A program made the translations under genes and the position numbers. From Trichosphaerium sp. ATCC 40318 (Eukaryota > Protista > Tubulinea): a stretch of DNA of 64,000 nucleotides. The stretch lies in assembly GCA_038496445.1 (NCBI GenBank), contig JALMLS010000288.1:1-64000 (forward strand), read 5' to 3'. Below, in pieces: positions 39,183 to 51,825 of the stretch (position 1 is the stretch's first letter; every line of letters starts with the position of its first letter). The notes below the pieces were generated by a model that saw only the letters and a program-made list of their open reading frames with translations, was not told the origin of the DNA and ran no database searches.

Positions 39183-42100
39183 TCACTCGCTTGTCTTTTT
39201 GCTAGCTGCATGTTTAGACAGTAGAGCACCGTAGTCAATCTCCACTTCTTGTGCCTTGGGTTCATCAAGGTCGACATAGCTCATGACTTGGCGCGGATCA
39301 CGACCAGCACCTCTTGGCGGTGGACGATCACGTGGGTCGTAAGGGTGATCCCTGTATCGATTCCTAGGTCGTCGACGTGGTCCTGACCTGTTATCGTAGG
39401 ACCGACGACGTGTTCTGTCGTCCCAGTTGTCGTTATTTCTACGTCTATCATTTCGTCGTCGTGCTGCCACAATTTTATCGAGGTGATCAGCATCCGCCTT
39501 GTAATTCACGAAAGATTGTTCATCTCGAGCCTACACAATCCGTCAGTCAAATTTGTACACTCGGCAGCATGTTACTGGGCTAATGGTTGCGCACCTCTTG
39601 TTTAACTTGATCAACTTTGTGCTCATGTTTTATACCAATGTGCTTTTCTACAAAACTGAATCCTTTAAATAACTTGGAACAAAGAACACATCTATATTTT
39701 TTTCCAGGTGTTTCCTCGATAATATGACCCTTCATAAAGGCTTCAAGTTTTTCAACCTCAAGAGCCTCGCTACCAAACAAATCTGGTTTTATTGCGTTTT
39801 CACTACGTTGTTGAATACGCTTATCCATTGCATCAAGAGTTTCGTCACCCTCTTTGTAAAAAAACTGTAAGTCCAAGGTCGTACAACAACATTATTTGAA
39901 ACACCAAAAAAAAATAGATTGACTTACCAGTGCATGTTTCACCTTCCTCTTGTACAGGACGTAGGTAAGCGCGCCCTGTTTGGTATACAAGAATGTCGGG
40001 ATCAGCAAACTCCTTTCCAGCGTAGTAACAGTAGCCATGTACTTGACGAAGATAGCCAATGAGCAAATCCAACTCTTGCTCAAGTTGCTATAGAAAAAAT
40101 GTAAGGTTAGGACGCAACTACCCACTTCCAAGTGCAAGTGACATACCTCCGGTTCTTTAGAGATATTCTCTTTTTCTTGCCCGAATGGATTTTCTTCAAT
40201 ACCATAATCTTCATCTAAACGTTGCATGAGACGCAGAGCCTATTACAAAATTGTAAGTTATTTCAACACAGAACTCAAAACAAAACAAAAAAAAAATAGA
40301 TGCCTGTTTGTAATCCTTCTCCATGCGTTCAACAGCATTACAAAATGGGTGAGCGAACTACATTACGATTAGCAACGCCAACATAGGAAAGATTTGATTA
40401 TCCATACTTGTACACGCTTCGAATTACAAGGGAGCTCGTGAAACGCTAGCACAAGCTCAAAATCATCACAATTTCGTCTAGTAGTATCCACATTTAGCAA
40501 ACAAACGATGTAAGGATGAGGATAAAGTGGTTACCTGTGATGTTTATCAAGAGCACTTGAAGCAGCAGCATTACAGTCATAAATCGCCCAGGCCGTACGA
40601 TCCATGCCGGTTGGAGAAGGCTACGCATAAAAGTGAGGACGAGCTGTAAAACAAAGCAACAAAAATGCCAAAAATTGTATTGTACCTCGCTAATAATGAA
40701 CTTCTCCATAGTACCACCTGTAACGTCGTTCAAAATGTTTACAAGAGAACTCTTACTACAAGACAGAGGTATTGACTTGCATACAATAACCTTTGGTGCT
40801 TCTTTTACACGACTTGTTTCTCTGTGCAAAGAGGTCAATTAGTAACATGGAACTTTTGATCAAAATAGGTTTTCATACTCAGTGGCATTGTCTTCCTTTG
40901 TCGAAACCTCATCAGTTGCACCAACACCTTCATTGTCATCTTTGGCATCACCTTGAGTCTGTTTTGAATCATCTGTTTCACCTTGTTCATCAGAAGACCT
41001 TCTGTCTCTCTTGTTGCGATCCTGCTTGAATAATTGACGCTCTGCTGTTGCTTGTGCTGCAACACTAACCTCTGTTTCATCTAAATCAACTCGTCAAAAA
41101 AAAAGATGTTTTTTGGTTCCCAACATACGTTCTGCAATTATTTCAGCGTTGTCTTTCGCAGAATAGTTGCAGGTCAACGTTCCAGCATCCAACTTGCTCA
41201 AGAATTCCGCAGCACGTGCTTTAGATGCTACGCATTTTTCTTTCCATGATTCGAGTAGTGCATCAGAAGAATACCGCTCTTTAAACCTGGGAGTAACGCA
41301 TTAGATCAACCAGTGTAGGTTTTTGTTTTTTTGGCATTAATTTTTTTGCTAAGTGGAGAAACATTGATGATTCACTTGTCATGTCATAAAACATACCAGG
41401 CAGTGTGTTTGTAGTGATCAAAAAATGTGCGTAATTGCTTCTCTTGTACATATTTATCGTATTCAGCTTGTAGAACAGAAGCAGGCGTTTCATCCGACCC
41501 AGGTGATGAAGAACGTTGTTGACACCATTGTGAGTACGTCATCTGTTGTTCAGCTTGCCCTGAAGCATTCAGGCGCCTGTTTTACATCTCAAATTAGAAT
41601 TGCGTGTCCAAATGTGTCATCGAAAAAAATAATAAAATTTTGCAAAAAAAAAGATGTTTACCTTGATTTTGTTGGTCTGTCATCCCTGTTCCACTCATCA
41701 CGACGGTCGCGATCATAGCTCGATCTACGCGGACGACGATCGTAGCTTCTATACGAGTTACGGCGATCATGTGGAGAAGGAGAGGAGCTAAGGATGCGGT
41801 CATTTTATTGAATCTCAAGCCAACACTTTTGTTGGCCTTGCTGTGCTCGACAGCAATTGTTTTTATTTATTTACGTACCGCCTGCGCCTCATCGATGGAC
41901 TGTCACGACCGTACGGGTCACGATCAACGTTTCGTCCACGGTGATTTCCATAACGATCGCGTTTGTGTCCAGAGTACCGCGATGGGCTCTTGTCGCGAGA
42001 TTCGCGTCTTGGTGGTGAATCTAACGAGTCACGACGTTCATCACGCCCATTCCGCTCACTTTGCTCTTCTGGCGTATCTCTACGACTTGGGCTTGAAACG

Positions 42101-42407
42101 TCTGAACGTTGCTGTTCTACGTTCATTCCTGTGGCTATAATTTACTTTTGCATTGTATTATCATTTGCTCGCGTCTACAGCGCCGAACGTAGACCGAGGA
42201 ATGGTCAAAGCTGATTTTGAGAAAGCATTTTTTTTTCCAAAACATTCAAATTAACCGTAGAAAGAGACTGTGGCGTGAATGTGGCGTTGCGCAAATGACA
42301 ATAGCCATTAAAAATGTTTTTGTCAAGAAAAGCTTGTATGGCGCACCTCCGTCGCCTGTAGCATCGCCTCCATCATTGGTTGTGCTATTCACTTCTTCTT
42401 GGCTCAT
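39183..42407 (-). CDS. SRRT: SERRATE/ARS2 RNA effector
   Basis: RS-rich N-terminus, LDLLIGYLRQVHGYCYY, C2H2 finger KYRCVLCSKLFKGFSFVEKHIGIKH, C-terminal SYVDLDEP. The first exon (MSQEEVNS, 42407) is inferred. Confidence 0.9.
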
Positions 42408-42774
42408 ACGCGCAATTCAAACCTACACACCATGCTTTAACTTCGAGTATACAGTAACGGTGTCATACGAGTTAGTGGCGCGCCTGCAAAGAAGAGTGTG
42501 AACTTAAGCCAGTCAAGTGCGCGTAGTTTACAAAAGACAGTTGGTCCGCATGGCTCGACGTTTGTTATGTAAGTGCCGTAATAAGGCTCTATTCTGTGAT
42601 AGTTGTCACATTTCTTTTTCAGTACTTTACAATTTGTTTTATTGCTGTAACGAATTGTATCTCAGTTTGCTCCAAGTAGCCTCTTGCTCTGATTTTAGCA
42701 AGGAGTGATGATAAAATTTTTTTTTAATGTTACACGTTATATGTACTCGAACAGAATGCCAAAAGGAATGCCAA

Positions 42775-43518
42775 TTATTTTGGTGTAGCGTATTGTTTGG
42801 TCCTAAGCAACAACGTGAGAAACTCAACAAACAAAAATCATTAGGCGTGCGTACCACTGCCTGGCTGTGGCGTCATACTCCTTACGTCGTGTGACGTACT
42901 CTTGTGCAATAACTGGCATCAGTGGATCGCCTACAAGCACGTCAAAAATATGAGATTGCGATGAAAGCGTACCAGGATTAGGATCTGTTAAAAGTGACAC
43001 AATTGATAAAATTACGCGAGACACAGTCAAAGCTGGGCTCCAATTTCCTTTGAGTATATCTACGCAGATACTTCCATCTGTAGCAACCTACTAACGATAA
43101 GAGTAGGTTCGCATGTATTACGTGCATTGGGATGATAGACAGGTGTCAGGAATTTGACCTAGTAACACTATTAGCCATAAATCATAGGAGGTATTTACCT
43201 TTGGCGCTTTGAACGGATAAGACGCTGGAATACGTACTAAAGTGAAATTAGAATTTTTTTTTAATTTACGATGTGACGGTACAAAACCGCCCTATCTGTT
43301 GATATATGCGCACTGTCAAGGGTAAACTGTCCGCCAGCGAATGGTGAGTCTTCCTACAATTTGTCAATCAATGTGTAATCCAACTAACGGGCTCGTACTG
43401 GGCCTGCAATGGTGGCTGTCCACCAATAGACGTCTTTTGGTTTATTTGTTATAATGCAACCAGGTGGAGGATCTCTAATGACATCTTTTAGCTCTTTTTG
43501 AATCCTTCGTATAGCCAT
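42775..43518 (-). CDS. Ubiquitin-conjugating enzyme E2 (UBE2D/Ubc4-like)
   Basis: [49 protein letters not shown]. Confidence 0.95.
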
Positions 43519-43707
43519 GTTTCGTTGCTACAAAGGCGTAAATAGTGCTGTATCTTCAATGAAAATTGTTCCAGTGCGTGGTTTTTGTACGCAAGACGTA
43601 CCAGCAAGTATGTGCTTCACTGTTGAGGGTTTTGTTGCTTTATTAAGCGAGATTGGTGTTAACTTATCTTCAGCGGTGTATTGCTTTTCGCGCTTATTTT
43701 TTCTAGC

Positions 43708-45139
43708 ATGCTGAAGCTTGGTGGAGTAGGAGGGTACGTATAATTACTCATTACAATGCGTTTTTAATTGTTGGCAGCTTTGTAAACCCATCAGCTGATT
43801 CTAGCAAGGGTTTCGGCCTACCAACAGGTTTTGGCAACACAGCAACAACGCCTGGTGGTTTTGTAAATAACAGCGTTACAGGAGCCTTAGGCCAAACAAA
43901 CACGGGCTTTGGCAACACCACAGGCTTTAATAACACTAATTCGGTGGGTTTTGGTAATACAACATCGACAGGCTTTGGTGGAGGTGGTTGGGGTACCAAA
44001 ACCTCTACAGGATTTGGAAACACTGGGTTTGCTACAACACAAAACAAGACGGCATTTGCAGGCCACACTATGTTTGATCCCAGACAACGTGTCAACCAAG
44101 TACTCACTCTCATACATCCAAACTCGCCAAACCATTGTCTTCGTGTACGTTACAACAAAAATCCTTTGAAGGATTTGAAATTTGAAAATGAGCTCCACGT
44201 TGTTAAGTGAAATAGAACTGTCACACTTTTTTCCTAATGTTTACTCACACCTTTCCTTAGCATATATTCTATAATAAAAAGCAAGCTCAAAATCAGCGCT
44301 ATACCAAACCGCCTAATATACCAGGTGCACGACAGTGGTCATTGTAATTTCAGAACATGTATTGTCATGTAATCTCAAACTCATACCACTTTAGATGCGC
44401 TTTGGGCACAAGCCATAGCTGGAAATCCAGACCCAGTACGCAAAGTTCCAGTATTCGCTACAGGATTTGGTGATCTCCAGACGCGCATTAGGCAACAAGG
44501 GGCACTCATTGAGTTACAAGCCAAAAACATAAACGTTCGTTGTTTCTGAAAAAATTAGAAGCGCTCATCACCTTGTAGACAATGGAATTGGGACTCGCAC
44601 AGCGGTCCAATAGGAACTCGACACATAGACTAGACACTATTTTGAATAAACACAAAGAACTAGAATTGCGTGTGATGAACGTAATGCAACGCATACAAGT
44701 TCTAAGAGGTAATTTTCAAAAACAAAACACGTGATTTGCACGTGATTCGTTTATTGCACAAACTAAGCTTTGCCAAACGATAGGTAGAGGGTTAAGCTTA
44801 TCTGAGCAAGAACACTCCTGGATTTACAATTTACGGGTGATTGAGAATCAATTGAACGCTCCTAACGAGATGCGTGCTCGACTCACTGAAGTTCAAGCAA
44901 TAACAAAGTTAAACGAAAAGTTCCCAGTGCGGTATGCTTCACTGCCTGAGACATCTGTTGGTGAGATTAGACAGGTAATGCTCCCCTTTTTGTATAGCAA
45001 GTTAGATGCGTTGGTACTTTACTTATCCATTCTCTAGACACTAAAGATGAAACAAGGCGAGATAACCCATTTGATGCAGTTCTTACGAACAGCTTCAAAA
45101 AATCTGAATATTCTCACCACGGACGCTAAGCGATTGTAA
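43708..45139 (+). CDS. NUP54: Nucleoporin Nup54/Nup57
   Basis: TGFG/FG repeats, LWAQAIAGNPDP..VPVFATGFGDLQTRI, C-terminal coiled coil. Confidence 0.88.
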
Positions 45140-45435
45140 TTTAGTCTAGACAAAAATGACAAGTAAATATCAAAAAAGAAAGGATTTGTTGTTTTCTCAG
45201 TAGCATCTGTGAAATGTGCGTGGACAGTCAGTCTTGCCAATCAGTTTTGCCTCACTACCAAAGAACAAGCGAAAAGCAAAAATCATGAAATTATGGTATG
45301 GCACGTGTAACGTGAGATCTCAGTAATAAGTTGTTGTTTCCAAATTGCCAGTCTAGCAAGGATAGAGCAACAAAAAGAATCTACAAGTCAAAAAGATGTA
45401 TTTTACTTTGTATTGCATTCAAGTACAAAGAAGAT

Positions 45436-46530
45436 CTATTGCTTTTTTTTAAGTGCCAAAACCCAATCACAGCGTGGTTTAACAGTGAACCCATCATCAA
45501 CAATATCAACTGCGAAACTACCTGCAAACATTAAAGTATCGTACTTTACACCATTATCATCTACTACAACAGGTACTGTACAATAACCAGGCGATATTTT
45601 TGCCATGTCAATAACAGGCCAGTTAGACTTTATAGTATTGCTAAACGTCTGTGCAGTGCGGTTATCTCCTCTCCATACACCGTCACCGTCAAAGGCACAG
45701 AATGCGGTAATCCATCCACTTAGGTATGAAGGACCACTACCACCGGCGTGGTGGTTGCATATCTTTGCCCAGAATTTGAGATTTGGTTTTCCAGAAGAAG
45801 CCGAGACAAGCTCATCCAAAATAGGTGTTAGATACGCGTGCCACTTGTTCATCATTTTCTTGCCGGAGACTTCGAATTCGAGAAGTTTATCAACCTTTTC
45901 ACGTAGCTTGATATAGTCCTCAGGTTTACCGAGAAGAGTGACGTTTGGAATGCCGCACCTGAGGCAGAATTCATACGAAAAGTATTTTTTCATGCTCGCC
46001 ATTAGGAGCACTGATGATACGACCTTATCTGTTGTTGTCGTCGTTGTAAAGTCTTGAATGACCCAAGAGCGTATGTTATCGTCTTTCAGATTCTTTTGCA
46101 TTTCGCCAGTCATTCGTAGAGCTAAGTCTGCGTAATCTGCTGTTCTGAGTGTTCCACCAGCGACAACAACGAGTTCCTTCTTTCCTGAATGTGATACAAA
46201 CTTGTTTCGGAGCTTTTCGGCGTTGTTGTTAACGTAGAGGCTGAATTGGGTTAGGATAGCCGTCCAAAAGTCGTCTGGGCGTAAAATTATATTGTGGTGA
46301 TAACAATAGGCAGTGACAATGGAATTGACGAAGCCGTTTGTTTGCATAGCCCTTGCAGAAGGGTTTTTTGCGTATTCCGAGCATTGTAATACTTCCTTGA
46401 GCGGTTTATTGTCAGAGTTACCTTGTAAGTACTCTTTAAGGTCACAAACAACATTTCGAAGACCAGGTTTGGTTGAATTTAATTGTACTTCCGTAGGTTT
46501 CTGCTTTGAAGGCTGAAACGTGGCATACAT
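45436..46530 (-). CDS. DUF4419 family protein, intronless body
   Basis: NGFV..AY..HH.IILRPDDFW..I..QFS.YVN.NAE.LR..FV.H.GKKEL, FTTTT..D, CGIPNVTLLG..EDY, SGPSYLSGWITAFC. The start may lie further upstream. Confidence 0.88.
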   Translation of the reverse strand: MYATFQPSKQKPTEVQLNSTKPGLRNVVCDLKEYLQGNSDNKPLKEVLQCSEYAKNPSARAMQTNGFVNSIVTAYCYHHNIILRPDDFWTAILTQFSLYVNNNAEKLRNKFVSHSGKKELVVVAGGTLRTADYADLALRMTGEMQKNLKDDNIRSWVIQDFTTTTTTDKVVSSVLLMASMKKYFSYEFCLRCGIPNVTLLGKPEDYIKLREKVDKLLEFEVSGKKMMNKWHAYLTPILDELVSASSGKPNLKFWAKICNHHAGGSGPSYLSGWITAFCAFDGDGVWRGDNRTAQTFSNTIKSNWPVIDMAKISPGYCTVPVVVDDNGVKYDTLMFAGSFAVDIVDDGFTVKPRCDWVLALKKKQ

Positions 46531-46917
46531 AGTTGAATAATTGCTTTTTGCCAAATAAAACGCGTTTTGTTTTCAACGAAATTCCTACCGAACAAAAGTT
46601 TGCGTAAGAATTTGTATCTTGTGTAACAGCACCCATCTCAAAATGTTGTTACAATTTTTGTGCAATGATTGTGTCACACAAATACTAGAACTAAAAAATT
46701 GTAATCAGACGCACCATGGTGCAAGTAAAGTGAGCTTGTTGTATTTTGTGTACTAGTATAATTTTTTATTACTTTACAACCTGTATGTACCGCTAAATTG
46801 ATGGACCTCTTTTGTATTATAAATAATACAATTGCCCAATTTAAATGATAATCTTCTCAATAGCGGTAACACAAAAAAAAAAGAGAAGAAAAACTGCTTC
46901 TTTTGAGATTATTCCGA

Positions 46918-49900
46918 TTACTTCAAAAACAGCTTGTTGATCAAATGTATCGTCATATTGACGTCAAGAGTCACCTGTTCTAACTCCAAGTGATCTTGGC
47001 TATACTCTTTCTTCTCTAAAAGTTCTTCAAGCTCTAACATCATCTTACCAACCTAAACACAAGACTATCAATAAACCACTTCAAACGAAAAAAAAAAAAA
47101 ATTATTTCACACATACAGAAAGACCAGCTATTTTTGCTTCAACATCAAAGACACCTTCATCTCCCATTGAAATAAAGAACTTTGTACGTTTCTGAGATAT
47201 ACTAGGTACTTCAGAGGCGACGATGATACCCTTCTTCTGAAGCTCTTGGTACGTGAATTTATGAGGCTTCAATTTCCTGTTCTTCTTTTTTGTCCGGCGC
47301 GCCGAAGCATTACCACGACACGATCTCAGGTATGACTGAAACTCATTGATTTGTTCTTGCATGTCCTCACCGAACCGTTTAATAGCCTTCAACGCTGATT
47401 GCAACCGTGTAATTTCACGTCGTTGCTGCTCACGTGTTTTTGCACGATTTGCAACTTCCTAAGAATACCAAATCAGTCACAACACAATTGGCTTTATTCG
47501 TCCGTACCAGGGCTACCTCGCACAGGAAGGAACCGTATTTATCTTTCTTGGTGACCTTACCATCCGTCTCAAGTTTCTTAAGGTTCTCTAGAACTTTGCT
47601 TATATTCTTGGAGAGTAACCTTTTGTTCTTTTCCTTGGCATATTTTTTGCCAGACTTCAGAAGCGTGACGAGCGTCTGTTTTTGAGCAGGCTTGATTGGC
47701 ATCTTACGTAAGATTTGAATGACAAGCTCTTTTGTATGTCCGTATAGATCAGACGTCCCTGATTGTAAACCTAAAAAGGGAAAGCCAAATAAGCCAAAAG
47801 AAACAAAAGTAAATCAATTCAAATTGAAGGAAAAAACAAAAAATGTGTACGTTCTGTGACATCTTCTTTGAATCTGTTTTCTAGTTTCAACTGTACTTCC
47901 TTCTCGTCTACGATATCATCCATAGAAGGTACATCACCCAACTCACCAAGGATTATACCGAGAGGATCATCAACGTCATCACCGACGATTTGTGTGAGAT
48001 ATTGTGATAGAAGAGAATGAATCTCTACAATCTCCTTCATTTCAATGATAATAAGCGGTTCTGTCCTATCCGTCAACTCGTTGTATTTGTTGACATGTAA
48101 TGCATCTTCTGGATCTGGTACCTCTACGAGGTCTTGGAAGTATTTTCCAACATTAACAAAGTTTTGTTTTATCCATTCATTCATAAATGAAAGTTCTGAC
48201 GCATCACGGAACGTCGTGAATGTGAATAACATTTGTAACACTTTACCAATACTAATTAGGTTCTTGTGTACATTCAGACTAAGATCTCTACTACCTGAAA
48301 TCGAAGTGTTAAAAAAAGTATGAGGCACATCGCTCGCAAGAAATTTGAAAAATCCTTTTTTTTTTGTTATTGCTTACCAATCTTATAAATTTCTGGAGTT
48401 ACCACTGCAAGATTGATGAACCTGTAATAAACAAAGTAACCAATTACTTTATGCACTTGTTCAGTAAGAATAGCTTTAGAGTGTTGCCCTTGAAACTTTT
48501 CCTAAAAGGACCGAAATCAGAAGCGTGCGACAAGTATAAAAACACAATAAGGCGAAGTGGTTCACGTACAAAAGCAAACGTCTGGACTTGCTTACAAATC
48601 AGACGTAGACCATAAGGTAGACTCGATAGAGACTTTCTAATGGTATCCATAAATTCAGTGCAAATAGATTTGAGGGACTCTTCACGCTGTGACAGTATTT
48701 CCTTGACTTGTTTGTTCTGTGCTGCCTCTTCAGGCGTCACATCACGCTTTAGATCAGATTTTTGTCCTGTGGTAACCTCAGCTTCATTTATCATTGCACG
48801 GTAGATTGCATAAGGCTTCATTTCAAAGCTAAGTGCGTCATCATCCATAACAATTTGTAGAATAGGTCCCAACGTGTTTCTGAGGTACTCAACACCTTTA
48901 ATAACAATTAGTACGTACGCCCTTTAAAGTGCCAATGCAATGCAAGTACCTTGTTTACGCCTATTGTATGATATCACCATCTTTGATGTTACAGTTTCAG
49001 ATTGGGTAAGGGCAGTCACATTCTTCTTCAAGCCGTCAATCTCGTTCTTGATCGCAATTGAAAATAACTTTAGAATCAAATACTCTTCTCTTCGGGAGTA
49101 AGCTTCACCATAGAGCGTCAAAATAAGGGTATCAACGAAAGTATCAACCTTCTCGGGAGCTACACGGTATACTCTGAAATGTAGGCATTAGCGAGAAGCC
49201 ACAACACAATATAATAACGTACAAAGAAGCGAGATATTTTGGTTGTGTTTGAAGAATATAAAACAACTGAGAATATAATGTCATTTTATCCTTATCTTGG
49301 GTGAATAAATTTGTTTTTTGCATGTTTTGCATCTTTTTCTTCTTCTTGCGTTTATTTTCTCCGTCAATTTCCTGAATACAGAGGTTTAATACAACATGGT
49401 AAATCCAAACAGTACAAAAAAAAATTGAATGAAAAAAAAACGTACTTGGATATTAGTTCTATTCTGGATGAGTAATTCTATCTTCTTGTCAAGTCTTTTG
49501 AGATCACGTTCTGACACATGGTTCAAACGTAATTCGCGAACCATTTGACGCTTCAATTCTTCGATATCTAAGCGATAGTCAACAAAAAGAGTCTTTTTTT
49601 TGGCGTTGTATTTTTTTCCCCCAATTTTGATTGTATTTACCTCCTATTAAATCCGTCTCGCCATCATCTTTTTCGTCATGTAAAATGAGTAGATTTTGTA
49701 TTTCTGCAACTGAAAGTTTGCCAGAGGCTAGTCGAGCCATTTTCAGTTTATATTCGGCAATTTCCCGTAGAAGCATGCGTGCAGAGAAGATCAGAAGCAT
49801 GTACTCACTCTCCTAAAAGAAAACAAACGGTATTAAAATATATCTCCGTGTATACCGTAGCACGTTAGACTAAAACCAAACTGGTTTAACGCACCTTGTT

Positions 49901-50161
49901 TCCGTTCTCAACATCAGCCTCTTGGTCCGTTTTATCCAGAGATTTTTGTGAGCGTCTAGTATCTTCTCCAGAGCGCGATGAAGAGCGCGGTGAACTGTTT
50001 GGAGTCGTTGATTCGCTGTTGTAGCTCGAACCAGAGTGATCACCATTTAGGGACGCCCCTGAGTCTAATTCATCATCGCTCAAGTCAGAATTAAAGCTCT
50101 CGCTTTCGTCTGTTTTAAACTGATCTAAAGAGTCGCCATCGTCAGATCCTAGCGCAGACAT
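46918..50161 (-). CDS. IQGAP-related RasGAP-domain protein (Dictyostelium rgaA/gapA-like)
   Basis: LYSQLFYILQTQPKYLA, TLYGEAYSRREEYLILKLF, LPYGLRLICKQ, RFINLAVVTPE, NLISIGKVLQ, and a RasGAP_C-like tail. Confidence 0.88.
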
Positions 50162-50473
50162 TTCGGCGGTGTCAAAATACCGCGGTTGGTGACAGAGAAT
50201 TACAAAACTGGCGTCTTGTAGTCTTATCATCCCGATTAAGTCATTGAGTTGCACGAGTAACTTTGTATTTGTCTGGTTATGAGCGTTGTACTAGATGATT
50301 GTAAAGTATTAGACAAGGTTGGTGTCAAAATCATGGTTTGACGCATTTTAACGTGTTACTACGCATGGGAGACTGTTTGCATTGGTTGAGAAAAGAGTTG
50401 AGAATCTAGAGCGCAATTTTCATTGATCACTAGCAGCTGCTTAACTTATCAATTTCTTTCAAAACACTTACAA

Positions 50474-51688
50474 ATGGCCTCAAGAAAACGACAACGATCT
50501 ATTGACGACGAACCTAAACCAGTTCACGAGAATGTTGACTCAATGGTACAAGAAACCCTACAAGCCAAGTTAACGCGATGTTAATCTTCCTATAGGAGGT
50601 AGAAGGTGAAGAGTTTGATGATGAAGAAATACAGGTAGATTTTGTATTTCGAACCTTTGAGAACAATGACGACACTTCTTTGGTTGTTTTCTTAAAGCAC
50701 TACCTACCAAAAACATATTGGAACGTGAGGGAGCTCGCTCTCCTCATAGTTGAAAACAAAGACGTTGGATCAACTATACGCGTAGACCAAGAGGACAGCG
50801 ACGATATATTTGGGTTTATTACAGCGTTAAACATAAACAAGCACAAAGTAAGTATTATGAGAAATTATGCTTATTTGACGCTTTTTCTATCATCAAGAGA
50901 GGTGTCACACACCGTACAACCTTCTAAAAAGCATTTATTTTATTTTTCTCGAAATTAAAATCCATCCCTACTGCCACCTCTTTTAAGTGGCACGTGGAGC
51001 TGGGCTACAATGTCACATTCGTACAGAGAATTCTCATAGCATTTTAGAATGTCCCTGCAATGCGTACAATAATCAATTTCGTCACAAAAAAGGCAAAAAA
51101 ACATGGAGGAGATAACGCAACGAATTGGGTTAAATCCTTGGCTGCGCCCAGCACTGGACTACTCATTAGTCGTAGACTCGGTAATATGCCTGATGCTATG
51201 GCTCCCCATTTGCTAGGGACTATAGTTAGCGAACTACAAGCATTATCTAAACACTTTGTATGTCACATATATGACACGTTCTTCACCAAGTTAATGTCAT
51301 TTTATTTTAGAAAGAATGGCAGATACAACATTTTGTTGTAATCACGCAAGGCTACACAGTAGAGAAAGATCACGATAATGAACGTGCAAATGCTCCTGCT
51401 AAAAAACAAAGAGGTGAAACGGAGGAAATATATGAAATGCTAGAAGACCAGCTTTTTGCTGAGGTACACTTTGTTGTCAAAAAAAAAAAAAAAAAAGCAT
51501 TATATTATTCCCTTTTAACCCCTCCTAACAACTCTTTAAAGATCGCCACAGCAGAATTGCGATGGGGTGGAGAGAGAAGCTATTCATTTGGCACATACAC
51601 GGACATGTTTAACGTGATTTTCTTGGTGCCTACCAACAAGCTTCAGTACGCCATTGACAAGATGATTGCAATGTTCCAAGAGCAATGA
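50474..51688 (+). CDS. BCCIP: BCCIP/Bcp1 family protein
   Basis: EIQVDFVF, VGSTIR...DDIFGFITALNI, GLLISRRLGNMP. Confidence 0.85.
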
Positions 51689-51825
51689 ATTCATCCACAC
51701 AACGCTCTATCAAAACCATAGATCCCCATAGGTCTCCTACCCTGTTGCATAATGCCTCAATGCAACGTTGGACCTTCATATGAACAAGACAAAGTATTCT
51801 TCGCTTTTCCTCTTTTTGTTTCGAA

